55,392 bases of DNA from a virus (lineage: Duplodnaviria > Caudoviricetes). A program made the translations under genes and the position numbers. Every line of letters starts with the position of its first letter. Position 1 is the stretch's first letter. The notes below the pieces were generated by a model. That model had not been told where the DNA came from and ran no database searches. It worked only from the letters and a program-made list of their open reading frames with translations. The DNA lies in IMG/VR virus record IMGVR_UViG_3300047476_002354, positions 1 to 55,392 of that record; one strand, 5' to 3'. Shown here piece by piece: positions 36,709 through 45,962 of the stretch.

Positions 36709-39700
36709 TTACTTCTTAACTTTTAAAACTTTGTGCCACTTATATTCTGGTTGGGTGATATTGTTTCCGTAATCCCTAAAAGCAACCTCTACTCTCTTAA
36801 CTCCATCTTCTTCTCCAGTAAATTTAATCGGAGCGTATGAGTTGTACATCATCCAGTTTGACCACTCCCCAGGGCCTTCGTTTGTAACTTTTCTATATCT
36901 GAAATCTTTGATACCAGAAACATCATCTGAAGCATTAATTTTCAGCCAAGAATCTTTTTTATTGGTTAGAAGAATTTCAGAATTTGTTTCTAAATTATAA
37001 AAAGAAACACTACCAAACGGAGCTTCAGTATCTACAGCAGCTATAGACTGAGCAACAAATGCCTGCGGGTATGATTCACTAATATTTCCAGCAAAATCCA
37101 TCAATTGAACCCAGACTTTTCTAGCTCCTGAAAAGCCTATATTCATATTTGAGAATAAATATCCAAGCTCAGCTCCTGCATAATCATATCTTTGTGAACC
37201 ATGAAGGTATACAGTGTAAAGATTATCATCATTATGATTTGTAAAAAGAGACCAACTTTGCCAAGGTTCAAAATAAACCAATCCGTAATCTGTCTCTTTA
37301 CCAAATCTAAAAGCTAAAATTCCAGAGTCATTGTCAATAGCTTCTATTTTAAATGTAGCTGTTCTAACTGTAGATTTATCATACAATGTAAGTAAAGGTC
37401 TAGTTGTTCCTGTGTAACTTGGAGCGCTAATATCAATAGATACAGGCAATGATAAATTAGTAGCGTGACTAGAAAGATTAGAGTGAGTTAAAGCGCTTAC
37501 TCTAAATTGCTGCATACTATTGTGGACCAAATTTCTTCTAGCGTGTGAATAAGCGTTAAATACCTTGAACCATAAATTACTAGCTAGATTCCATCCTTTG
37601 TAAACACCACTGCTTATTCTAGATTCGTTATTGTAATTTATTCCATTTGCTTCTGCTAAGGTACACCCCATAGGAGTTGATATTGCAACCCAAAAAGTAT
37701 CACTCACTAATGCCGAAAGTTGATCAAATACTGCTTGAACTAAACTGTTATTACTTTTAGCAGTAAATGTATCTGAGTTAGTAAGAGTTGTAATATCAAG
37801 CCAATCTGTTAATGATGTGTTGGGCAAATTTGTTGTAGTATTGTTGCTATAAAATCTTATTTTCAACTGATCTTGCGGGAAGGATCTTTCTGCTCTATTC
37901 CATTTCATTTTAAATTCCAAAAGTTTTGGAACAACAGTTGAGTAAAAATCTTTATTATAGTTTATCTTAAAATCTTTAAACCAAAGGGTTGAATAGAAAT
38001 TGTATGTGTTTCCAGTTCGCACAGGATACCATCTAGTACCTATATTCACCGTTCCCCCAACTATATACAACTCCTTATAGCTTGAAGTAGTATATGAAAG
38101 TAAGGTTGTAGTATTAGTTGATGGATTTAATGATTGAATAGTATAAATTTTATTTTGACTTTCAATGTCCTGGTCTTTAATTAATATGTAGTCACCGATA
38201 GACAAACTGGAAATATTAATGCCATCTATAACAGTAGTACTAGGAACGTAAAGTAAGTTTCCATTACTTGTAAAACCAGAATAACTTCCTCCTGTAGTTG
38301 CACATTTAATATTCAAAGGAGTGTCGTCAAGAGGTAATGGGTTATCGTAGTTATATCCAACAAAATCAGTGCTTGAGCTTAAAATAGATTGTCCAAGATA
38401 AGGTTTGCCTTTTGAAGCTCCTTTATCGCTTAACAAAAAGCTTCTTACACTTTGAGGCAGTGAAAAATAATTAGATTCAATGCCTGGTAATGACCTAAAA
38501 TCAACAGAATAGATGTAATTTAAACTAGTAGAAGAACCGTGGTCTGCTGTTCTGAATCCAATGCCACAATAATACCCTAATCCATCAACTCCTGGGTTTA
38601 ATTTTCTAGAAAGCTGGATAAAGCCTATGACATTATTATTTCTTTTAATATTGACCCATGTGGCGTTTGAGGATGTTCTTTGGTTTGTACCTGACAAACC
38701 TTCAGGATGAAAATCAGTAAGCTCTACTGTGTAATTGTTTCTACCTGAGGCAACTGGCTTATAGCTTCTCAAAACATAGTAAGACAAAGTGTTATCAGCA
38801 TTTCTTTGAGTGACACTTATTTCATTTCTCACTGCGCTGAAGTTTACAGTAATACATTCATGATTTAACTCTTGATCGGTTTGAGAAAAATCAGGATCGC
38901 AGTTCAAACCTAATGGGAGCAATCTACTTCCAGAATAAAGTAAATCTGGTGCAAATGCGACATACATTTCATCACAGTCATGTTGAAATTCAAAATTTAA
39001 ACTTGCTCTATTTGACAAACTTGGTTTTGAAAATTGAATTTCATGATATTGCTTACCTGTAATTGTATTCGGAGCAATTATATATTTATTCAGTTTTGTA
39101 AAAGTTAATTTTGTAGAATCTTTTTGAACTGCAGATGCTGATTGCCAAACAACATCAGTCATTTCTTCATCAAAATAAGTGCTCCAAGCAGTATCAATAG
39201 AAGAAATAGGATAATTTAAACTATTAAAATCTTCTTTTCTGCAGTCACCCAAATCAGCAGCAATAATACCTGGACCGCTTGCAGCAAGCATTCCTTTGAC
39301 AGTTACATCAATTCCAGCATCATCAAAACCATCATAAAAAACACCAATCGATGGATAATAACCAGAAATAGAAGTCATTATCGGCATCATAGTTCTACCA
39401 AGCAAGTAACTTTTTTGCTTTAGATTCTCAGGAAGTGTTGAATCTATATTTGGGGTGAAGTAACTCTCAACAATGTAATTATCTCCATCATCTGTTAATT
39501 GGAGATATGTTTCATAAATTCCGCCAGACAATATTTCAGGAGTCAAAAACGCTGGAAGATAGGTTATTTGATATTCACTAGATTCATCACCAGAAGAATC
39601 TGTGTAATACATATAAGACAATGGAGCTATATTATCACTGACTACTATTCTTGTAATTATTTTATCTTGATTATTAACCGTTGACGTTCGCATACACAAA

Positions 39701-40740
39701 AATACAGACACTGTGTATTCATCGCCCAGGCTTAATACATCCATATTTACTTGGGACTGAAAATAATATGAATTGTTTGTTGAATCTAAAGTTAATCCAG
39801 TAGTGCCATCTAATGTAAAGCCTTGTGTGAACTCAGAGCCGTTCTTAGAAATATTATATGGTGTTCCAATGACTGCACCACATGGAGAATCATAATTTGA
39901 GTATGTGGCATCTAAACCAGGGACTAAAGTAACATCATCACGATAAAATCTATGAGCAGTAATTGATAAAGAATTAATATTATCAATATTTCCATAACCT
40001 AAACTTAAATAATTATCTTCTGTGCTTACAAATTTAGCAACATAGTTAAGTGTGTTATTATAATTATATATTTCAGTAAAAGAGCCTATATATGATGAAA
40101 TAGCATTATTGTTTGAAGTTTGTAAATCATTAGATTCTTTAAAAGTAACTAAAGAATCAGCACCAGTCCATCCAGATTTTAAAATAGAATATTCATTAGA
40201 AGATGGTGTTGCTGGTAACTCTCCGGCCCAATAGATTTGGTCAAAAATTCCACCAGTATTAGGATATGTTACTTCTTCATCGTTAGCATACAGTATGGCT
40301 TTAAGATAAACAGTACATAATCCACCATTTCCACTTAAAGGCCAGTTTTGAATAATAAAATAGCCGTCGCCTGAAGCAGATGACGATGTGTGAGTTTCTC
40401 CAGATCCATAAAAATATTCTTTAGTTAAAACTATTGTGTAGTCTAACGTTGGGTCGTATGTAGATGCTGGAAAGTTTGTTATTTTATATGTAGATGATTC
40501 AGTAAATTCTGGATCATTTGAAATATAAAGCTCTTTGATACTAGTTAAATCATATACTGTAGATCTCGTAGCAACATCTCTAATCTCAAACTTAAATTTA
40601 AGAGTAGTAGAATTTGAATCATATAATGGATCTTCTGATGAATGATTGTTGTTATAGTTTTGGCCAAGCTCTAAAAATTCAGCTCTGAGTGATTCACTTC
40701 TTAAATTATTGGGCAGGATGATTTTTGTAAGATAAGCCAT
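36709..40740 (-). CDS. Large virion protein with tail-fibre repeat and C-terminal Ig-like repeats
   Basis: CATTGG...IDG...GDYILIKDQ..SQNKIY module; paired C-terminal D..AP...A.D..SGI..FR...W..W...G.[RK].V....D..[GN]N repeats. Confidence 0.65.
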   Translation of the reverse strand: MAYLTKIILPNNLRSESLRAEFLELGQNYNNNHSSEDPLYDSNSTTLKFKFEIRDVATRSTVYDLTSIKELYISNDPEFTESSTYKITNFPASTYDPTLDYTIVLTKEYFYGSGETHTSSSASGDGYFIIQNWPLSGNGGLCTVYLKAILYANDEEVTYPNTGGIFDQIYWAGELPATPSSNEYSILKSGWTGADSLVTFKESNDLQTSNNNAISSYIGSFTEIYNYNNTLNYVAKFVSTEDNYLSLGYGNIDNINSLSITAHRFYRDDVTLVPGLDATYSNYDSPCGAVIGTPYNISKNGSEFTQGFTLDGTTGLTLDSTNNSYYFQSQVNMDVLSLGDEYTVSVFLCMRTSTVNNQDKIITRIVVSDNIAPLSYMYYTDSSGDESSEYQITYLPAFLTPEILSGGIYETYLQLTDDGDNYIVESYFTPNIDSTLPENLKQKSYLLGRTMMPIMTSISGYYPSIGVFYDGFDDAGIDVTVKGMLAASGPGIIAADLGDCRKEDFNSLNYPISSIDTAWSTYFDEEMTDVVWQSASAVQKDSTKLTFTKLNKYIIAPNTITGKQYHEIQFSKPSLSNRASLNFEFQHDCDEMYVAFAPDLLYSGSRLLPLGLNCDPDFSQTDQELNHECITVNFSAVRNEISVTQRNADNTLSYYVLRSYKPVASGRNNYTVELTDFHPEGLSGTNQRTSSNATWVNIKRNNNVIGFIQLSRKLNPGVDGLGYYCGIGFRTADHGSSTSLNYIYSVDFRSLPGIESNYFSLPQSVRSFLLSDKGASKGKPYLGQSILSSSTDFVGYNYDNPLPLDDTPLNIKCATTGGSYSGFTSNGNLLYVPSTTVIDGINISSLSIGDYILIKDQDIESQNKIYTIQSLNPSTNTTTLLSYTTSSYKELYIVGGTVNIGTRWYPVRTGNTYNFYSTLWFKDFKINYNKDFYSTVVPKLLEFKMKWNRAERSFPQDQLKIRFYSNNTTTNLPNTSLTDWLDITTLTNSDTFTAKSNNSLVQAVFDQLSALVSDTFWVAISTPMGCTLAEANGINYNNESRISSGVYKGWNLASNLWFKVFNAYSHARRNLVHNSMQQFRVSALTHSNLSSHATNLSLPVSIDISAPSYTGTTRPLLTLYDKSTVRTATFKIEAIDNDSGILAFRFGKETDYGLVYFEPWQSWSLFTNHNDDNLYTVYLHGSQRYDYAGAELGYLFSNMNIGFSGARKVWVQLMDFAGNISESYPQAFVAQSIAAVDTEAPFGSVSFYNLETNSEILLTNKKDSWLKINASDDVSGIKDFRYRKVTNEGPGEWSNWMMYNSYAPIKFTGEEDGVKRVEVAFRDYGNNITQPEYKWHKVLKVKK

Positions 40741-40777
40741 TATTACACCGTTTGATTTTTTGGGGACTTTAGTAAAA

Positions 40778-40804
40778 TATTCTTAGTAAAGATAACCCCG
40801 CCCT
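40778..40804 (-). promoter_or_regulatory. Putative phage promoter AGG-N18-AGAATA
   Basis: Minus strand AGG-gcggggttatctttacta-AGAATA in the only sizeable gap within this part of the structural block. Confidence 0.55.
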
Positions 40805-40813
40805 TGAATTTAA

Positions 40814-41797
40814 TTATGTAATGAAATTAAACTGCAATGGTATATCTCTTTGTACAGAGAAGGGGGCATAAACATCGAAATACATGTATCCATCTACATA
40901 TTCAATGCTGTTATGAATGCCTGAAGAATAGAAGGTATATTCAGCAGAATAAATAGATATATTTTTGGTTGTACTATAATATCTCATTGTCATAGGAATA
41001 TAGACTGGAGCTTTAACTGTATCTAATCCATTAGGTAAGTATACTTTCAGTTGGCACTTTGATATTACGCCAACATTTATAGCTTCAATCACTGAGTTAC
41101 AGACAATTTTAAAATATATAGTTCTTGATACATCTCCTTTACCTGACAAATAATTATTTTGGTCAGTAATTGAGTAATCAGTAACATCATATTCTGCTGG
41201 AACTGTAGAAATAATAGGAACACCATTTCTTATCAATCTTGGAAACTTGAAAACTGTATCTTGAGTTGTATCTATATCCCCGCCTGAATTAAAGTAGTCA
41301 AAAGTACCAATGGAAAATTCTGGTTCTCTGTCACCAAATATAATTGTGGGAAGACCAGAGGGAGATGTTAATGATGTAAAATTAAGTGCTTTAACTTCAT
41401 TTTCATCATCATCAAGATGTAATTTTAATCTAGATAAGTTGTTATTTACTTTGATTAAAACAGTACCATTATCATTAAAATTAAAAGAACCAGAATCAAT
41501 TTCTAATACATAATTATCATTGACTTTTAGTTTTTTATCTGTAATTTTTGTAAATGTCGCTCCAAAAAACTTAATAGCAAAAGAAACAGTATATGATAAA
41601 GTCTTGTGCATATCTAAAACAAAAGATCTATCATTCGACATAACATCTGCAGTTATATCTTTTCTTACGTTTAACTTTAGTTTAGTATCAGTCTTTTCAG
41701 CAACTAAATTTGACGGAGCAGATATAAACTCTAATGTAAAATCATCTTCTCCAAGCACGAAGGAAATAATCGAATTTGATAAAAAGTTTAAGTTCAT
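40814..41797 (-). CDS. Hypothetical beta-rich protein (structural module)
   Basis: Long ORF tightly packed in the structural operon; no recognised motif. Confidence 0.6.
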   Translation of the reverse strand: MNLNFLSNSIISFVLGEDDFTLEFISAPSNLVAEKTDTKLKLNVRKDITADVMSNDRSFVLDMHKTLSYTVSFAIKFFGATFTKITDKKLKVNDNYVLEIDSGSFNFNDNGTVLIKVNNNLSRLKLHLDDDENEVKALNFTSLTSPSGLPTIIFGDREPEFSIGTFDYFNSGGDIDTTQDTVFKFPRLIRNGVPIISTVPAEYDVTDYSITDQNNYLSGKGDVSRTIYFKIVCNSVIEAINVGVISKCQLKVYLPNGLDTVKAPVYIPMTMRYYSTTKNISIYSAEYTFYSSGIHNSIEYVDGYMYFDVYAPFSVQRDIPLQFNFIT

Positions 41798-41801
41798 TAT
41801 T

Positions 41802-44800
41802 TTACTCTGATACTAACAAATCACCATTTTGCAATACAGACAAGCCCTTTGGATGTAATAAAAGATTATTATTATTCCAAGATTTTATAACCTTATTTGA
41901 AGAGTTTACTCTTAACAACTTTGAAGACTTACCGTTTGTAAATGTGTCATCAACCAAAACATAGTATTCACCTGATTTTTCAGTAGGTAACGCATAAACG
42001 CAATCTCCATCTTGCGGTAATGTTGTTATTGGAAAATCCTTAGTGTTAGTTCTTTTGATGATTATTAATTCACCCTTTTGTGTTGATGATTTTGATGGTG
42101 TTGCACATAAGACGTTATTATTATTCAACACAAATGCAGAACCAAGAAAACCTTCTTTGTATGTGACTAAATCTGAACTTATTGCCCATAAGAGAGTGTT
42201 TGCAGTATCAGAATCAAAACATACGACAGAATTTGAAAATGGCTGCGCAATTACGTATTGATATGAGTTTGTCATATTTATCGAAATTGGGTTGTAGATA
42301 TTAGCATAATAAATTGGACCTTGCATGATTGGTAATTCTATACTTCCACTTTGAGCTACTGTTAAACCAGTTTTCGGAGGAGCTATAAGACTTGTTGAAA
42401 TACCATCTCCGTTATAATCAAATATTTCTGTAATATCGCCATCAGCAAAAGCTTTGAAATCCATTTTCGTAAATGCATTTGCTTGAGTAGTCTTTAAATT
42501 AACTGAATCTGATATTTCTACAGAGCCATTAAAGTCAATCCTGTTTCTTAAGTCAAAATATTTAAGAGAAGGACTACTCAATAAAGGATTTTGATAATAA
42601 GCTGATTGAACTACGAAGCCCCCTGAACCATCTCCGGTATTAGAAGAGCCTGACTGGGAAGCTGGAGTTAAAACAGAATTGCCTGTATTTGATCCTGTCC
42701 CTCCAATGTTATTTGTGCTATTAGATGTTTCACCAGCATTGTCAGCCTGTCCATTTGAAGTGAAGGCTCCAGTCAATATTATTACTTTTTTTGTTGTGGC
42801 TGATTTAAGAATATTATTGAATTGGGTTGTTAACTTTAATAGAACTGTTGAAGATTTTTGTGAAACTAGAGGCGTAAGAAGTTCTACGGAAGATACATAT
42901 TGTGTTTCGTTAGCTGAAATATCAAACCCGTCATAAACTACCTTGATGCTTGTAGTATCCACTATGTTTACACATTGCGAAAATGGTAAGTAAATCACAC
43001 CAGTATCAGGATTGTAATGAGCCGCCAAAACCATAAAATCTCTTTCAGATTTCTTAAGTCTTAAGTTTCCTTGAATAATTCTTTTTACTTTACCATCAGA
43101 TTGGAAATGAATGATTCTGTCATTAGCAGTGTCAGCATATACTGAAGTATTGTCCCAAATTATTCTAAAATCTCTTGGTTTGTAAAATCCATATATTGTT
43201 GACTTATTAAATATTTGCCAAGGTGTTAAGTAAAATTTTAGGTTAAATTCTGCGTTATTATTATCCTGACCATCTTCGTATGTGCTTGTTGTGCCAGATT
43301 GATTTGCAGAAACTACAGCATTCTTTTGTATGTATATCCAGTTTCCAATGTCTGAAACATTTTCAAGAATTAATGAGTTTTTGTTTAAACCACCATCTGA
43401 ATATGTAGCTCCAATTGAAACATTATATCTTTGGTATTCGCTTTCAAGCCATCCAGATTGCCCATTGGTAAAATCATCATTGTCTTTGTTCCAGACACGA
43501 CTTTGGGTTCCGCCAACAGAAGTATAAACTACATTCAACTTTTGAAATTCTGGAGTAGATGTACCCTCGAAGTTTGAATAGAGGTCAACTATTATATCAA
43601 CGTACCTTCCAATATTGAACTTTGTTTCAGTTACATCTCCTGCACCTGGAACAGTTATCGTATATGAGCTAGGAGGTACAATTTCATAAGTATCCCCAGA
43701 TAATGTTGCTTCAGCTGTGATATCTAATGCAGTTTTAGAATTTAAATCATTTTCAGTCGAAGAGTCAGTAATTCTTGCAGATATTGTGTATGAAGTATTA
43801 ACTGGTACTGTGATCTTATAGGCATATAAGTTTAATGTAGCAGAAGAGCTCCCAGTATTTAACCTAAAAATGTATTTAGCATTAGAAGCGTATAAATATT
43901 CATTCCATAAAAATAAAGCTGAAAGGTATCCATTTTCTTGATTTTGTCTTTCAGTAATGACATTAGTTAACTCATCACCGTTAGGGTCTAAAATCAACTC
44001 TGCAGATGGGGCGATCAATTTCAATACAGGTGAGGCATTTCCGTCCCACTTTTCACCAGTTACATCATTGGTTGTTATGTAAAAAGCAAATCCAACTATA
44101 TTAACTCTATTAGACGGTAACTCAATAAGTTCAGATAAATCAACATTTATAAATATATCAGTATCGTAATCGTCTGTTCCGTTTGTAAATATTTTTTTGA
44201 ATATGCTTCTTTTAATATCTAAAGTTTGTACTGTTGAGTTTGCCCTATCTTCAATAGTTTCTGTCACTAAAGTAGAATCTTTAATTCTACTGTCAGCAGT
44301 GTCAACCAACAAAGTCATGTAAATACTGCATGCAGAATCAGTTTCAGCAAGGTTGATTCCAAAGCCAATGTTTGTTACCCTACTCCAATCTCTTTTTGAA
44401 GTAGGAATTGTGAAGACAGTATACTGAGTATCAGTGTAAGTATCATCGGTATTTCTTAACTTCTTAGTAAAATAATTCCACCCATAAGCAGCATTTTCAA
44501 AGTCAGACCCAGCAGCATTAGATAAGATAGAAAAGTTTAATGGAGTGTCAATAGTAAAATTACCATCAACTGAATCTGAAGTAGTGCCATTTATTTTTAC
44601 GTTTTCATCAGCATAAAGTCCAAGATCCTTACCAGTGATATAATCATACATAGTTTGGAACTGAGTTTTAGTGTCATAAGTAACAGAAAATGCCGTGTTA
44701 GAATCAGACAAAGCGGCTTCAATAAAATTAACGCTCGAATCATAACCGGCGCCAACTGTGTCATATACATTTGCTTCAGTGATATACACAGGAAGGTTTA

Positions 44801-45722
44801 AATCTCTAAATGTAGTCGATGTATCTGATGACCTATTTGGATATATTGCTGGTATATAAAATAAAGAATTGATTTGTGTTGAATCTGAATCTTCTGAAAA
44901 TTGTTTTTTCATTGCTAAAACAATTTGAAGTCTATTCGCCATTGACAAATCAGACAACCTGTAAGAACTATCGGGAAGAGTTAAAGCACCTAATAATGAG
45001 TCTATCTGTGAGTGACTCAAAGTACCAATATTAGTAAGGTTTTTGTGGTCTATTGTTGGTAATCTTTCTGCATCCAAAGTTCCCTTAGTTACTGTGGAAA
45101 TATCTAAGTTTTCGACATATTCACCAGAGAGCTTGCCTTGAACATGACTACCAAGATTGATAGGACTAGGATTGTTTGATCCACCTATGTGCTTGTGTTG
45201 ATTAATAATATTTGACAACGATGCAAATAAGCTTATTCTTGTTCTTCCAGTTGTGAACGGCACTATAGTTGTTGTTAATCCAAATGTCACAACAACTCCA
45301 CCTAAAGATATGTAATTATCAGTATCAGAAATTTCGAACAAGGATGATATGAAATCGACTTCTTTTGTTACAGGCGTATTGTCGTTTGCTACGGCATAAA
45401 CCCATATAGTAACACTAGTCACTCCAGTTGGTAGAATAGGTAAGGCTACATCTACAAAAGTAGTAGTTTCAGCAGACTTCCAGGATACAAATCCCTTCCC
45501 ACTTGAAACCCTTATGTTTTGAAAATCGTTTGGAATTACACTTATGACCCAAGACGAGAAATTATTAGTCTCGTCTTCAATGATTCCATTTCCAAAGATT
45601 TGATAAAGAGAATACGTCTGTGTATCAAGTGCTCTAAAACGGAGTTCGTCAAGGTCAAGATTTTCTGATAAGTCTTGGTTTGGTTCTAAATATCCCAAAC
45701 CATATATTGGTGTCTTTCCCAT
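41802..45722 (-). CDS. Large virion protein; N-terminus paralogous to the 3060-aa protein, C-terminal propeller
   Basis: KTPIYGLGYLE...FGNGII, HKHIGGSNNPSPINL, GKLSG...GTLDAERL; NHL-like YADTANDRIIHF and LLHPKGLSVLQNGDLLVSE. Confidence 0.65.
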   Translation of the reverse strand: MGKTPIYGLGYLEPNQDLSENLDLDELRFRALDTQTYSLYQIFGNGIIEDETNNFSSWVISVIPNDFQNIRVSSGKGFVSWKSAETTTFVDVALPILPTGVTSVTIWVYAVANDNTPVTKEVDFISSLFEISDTDNYISLGGVVVTFGLTTTIVPFTTGRTRISLFASLSNIINQHKHIGGSNNPSPINLGSHVQGKLSGEYVENLDISTVTKGTLDAERLPTIDHKNLTNIGTLSHSQIDSLLGALTLPDSSYRLSDLSMANRLQIVLAMKKQFSEDSDSTQINSLFYIPAIYPNRSSDTSTTFRDLNLPVYITEANVYDTVGAGYDSSVNFIEAALSDSNTAFSVTYDTKTQFQTMYDYITGKDLGLYADENVKINGTTSDSVDGNFTIDTPLNFSILSNAAGSDFENAAYGWNYFTKKLRNTDDTYTDTQYTVFTIPTSKRDWSRVTNIGFGINLAETDSACSIYMTLLVDTADSRIKDSTLVTETIEDRANSTVQTLDIKRSIFKKIFTNGTDDYDTDIFINVDLSELIELPSNRVNIVGFAFYITTNDVTGEKWDGNASPVLKLIAPSAELILDPNGDELTNVITERQNQENGYLSALFLWNEYLYASNAKYIFRLNTGSSSATLNLYAYKITVPVNTSYTISARITDSSTENDLNSKTALDITAEATLSGDTYEIVPPSSYTITVPGAGDVTETKFNIGRYVDIIVDLYSNFEGTSTPEFQKLNVVYTSVGGTQSRVWNKDNDDFTNGQSGWLESEYQRYNVSIGATYSDGGLNKNSLILENVSDIGNWIYIQKNAVVSANQSGTTSTYEDGQDNNNAEFNLKFYLTPWQIFNKSTIYGFYKPRDFRIIWDNTSVYADTANDRIIHFQSDGKVKRIIQGNLRLKKSERDFMVLAAHYNPDTGVIYLPFSQCVNIVDTTSIKVVYDGFDISANETQYVSSVELLTPLVSQKSSTVLLKLTTQFNNILKSATTKKVIILTGAFTSNGQADNAGETSNSTNNIGGTGSNTGNSVLTPASQSGSSNTGDGSGGFVVQSAYYQNPLLSSPSLKYFDLRNRIDFNGSVEISDSVNLKTTQANAFTKMDFKAFADGDITEIFDYNGDGISTSLIAPPKTGLTVAQSGSIELPIMQGPIYYANIYNPISINMTNSYQYVIAQPFSNSVVCFDSDTANTLLWAISSDLVTYKEGFLGSAFVLNNNNVLCATPSKSSTQKGELIIIKRTNTKDFPITTLPQDGDCVYALPTEKSGEYYVLVDDTFTNGKSSKLLRVNSSNKVIKSWNNNNLLLHPKGLSVLQNGDLLVSE

Positions 45723-45943
45723 TATCTATCTGGTTGCTCTTTGGATGTAACTTTAGCAATTCCCCATCTTGAAACTCCCCATGTTAGAGATTCATTGTCT
45801 GGGTCTACCCTGTCTCTTTGAGATGGAGATACTCCCAATGTTAGCGCTAAAGAAGATTGAATATTTAAGAGACTGTCTCTCTTATTGTTTGAATCTTGAA
45901 TCTGCTTTCTAATAACATCGGATAAGCTTAAAAATTCTGGCAT
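45722..45943 (-). CDS. Small hypothetical protein with WGxxxWG motif
   Basis: GAGGTG RBS; LTWGVSRWG; TAATG coupling to the next gene. Confidence 0.6.
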   Translation of the reverse strand: MPEFLSLSDVIRKQIQDSNNKRDSLLNIQSSLALTLGVSPSQRDRVDPDNESLTWGVSRWGIAKVTSKEQPDR

Positions 45944-45962
45944 AGAAACACCTCTTTATAAA

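Noticed and set aside
40769-40790. Direct repeat TTAGTAAA x2 in the intergenic gap
   Set aside because: It is short and AT-rich, so plausibly chance; noted only because it flanks the promoter motif.
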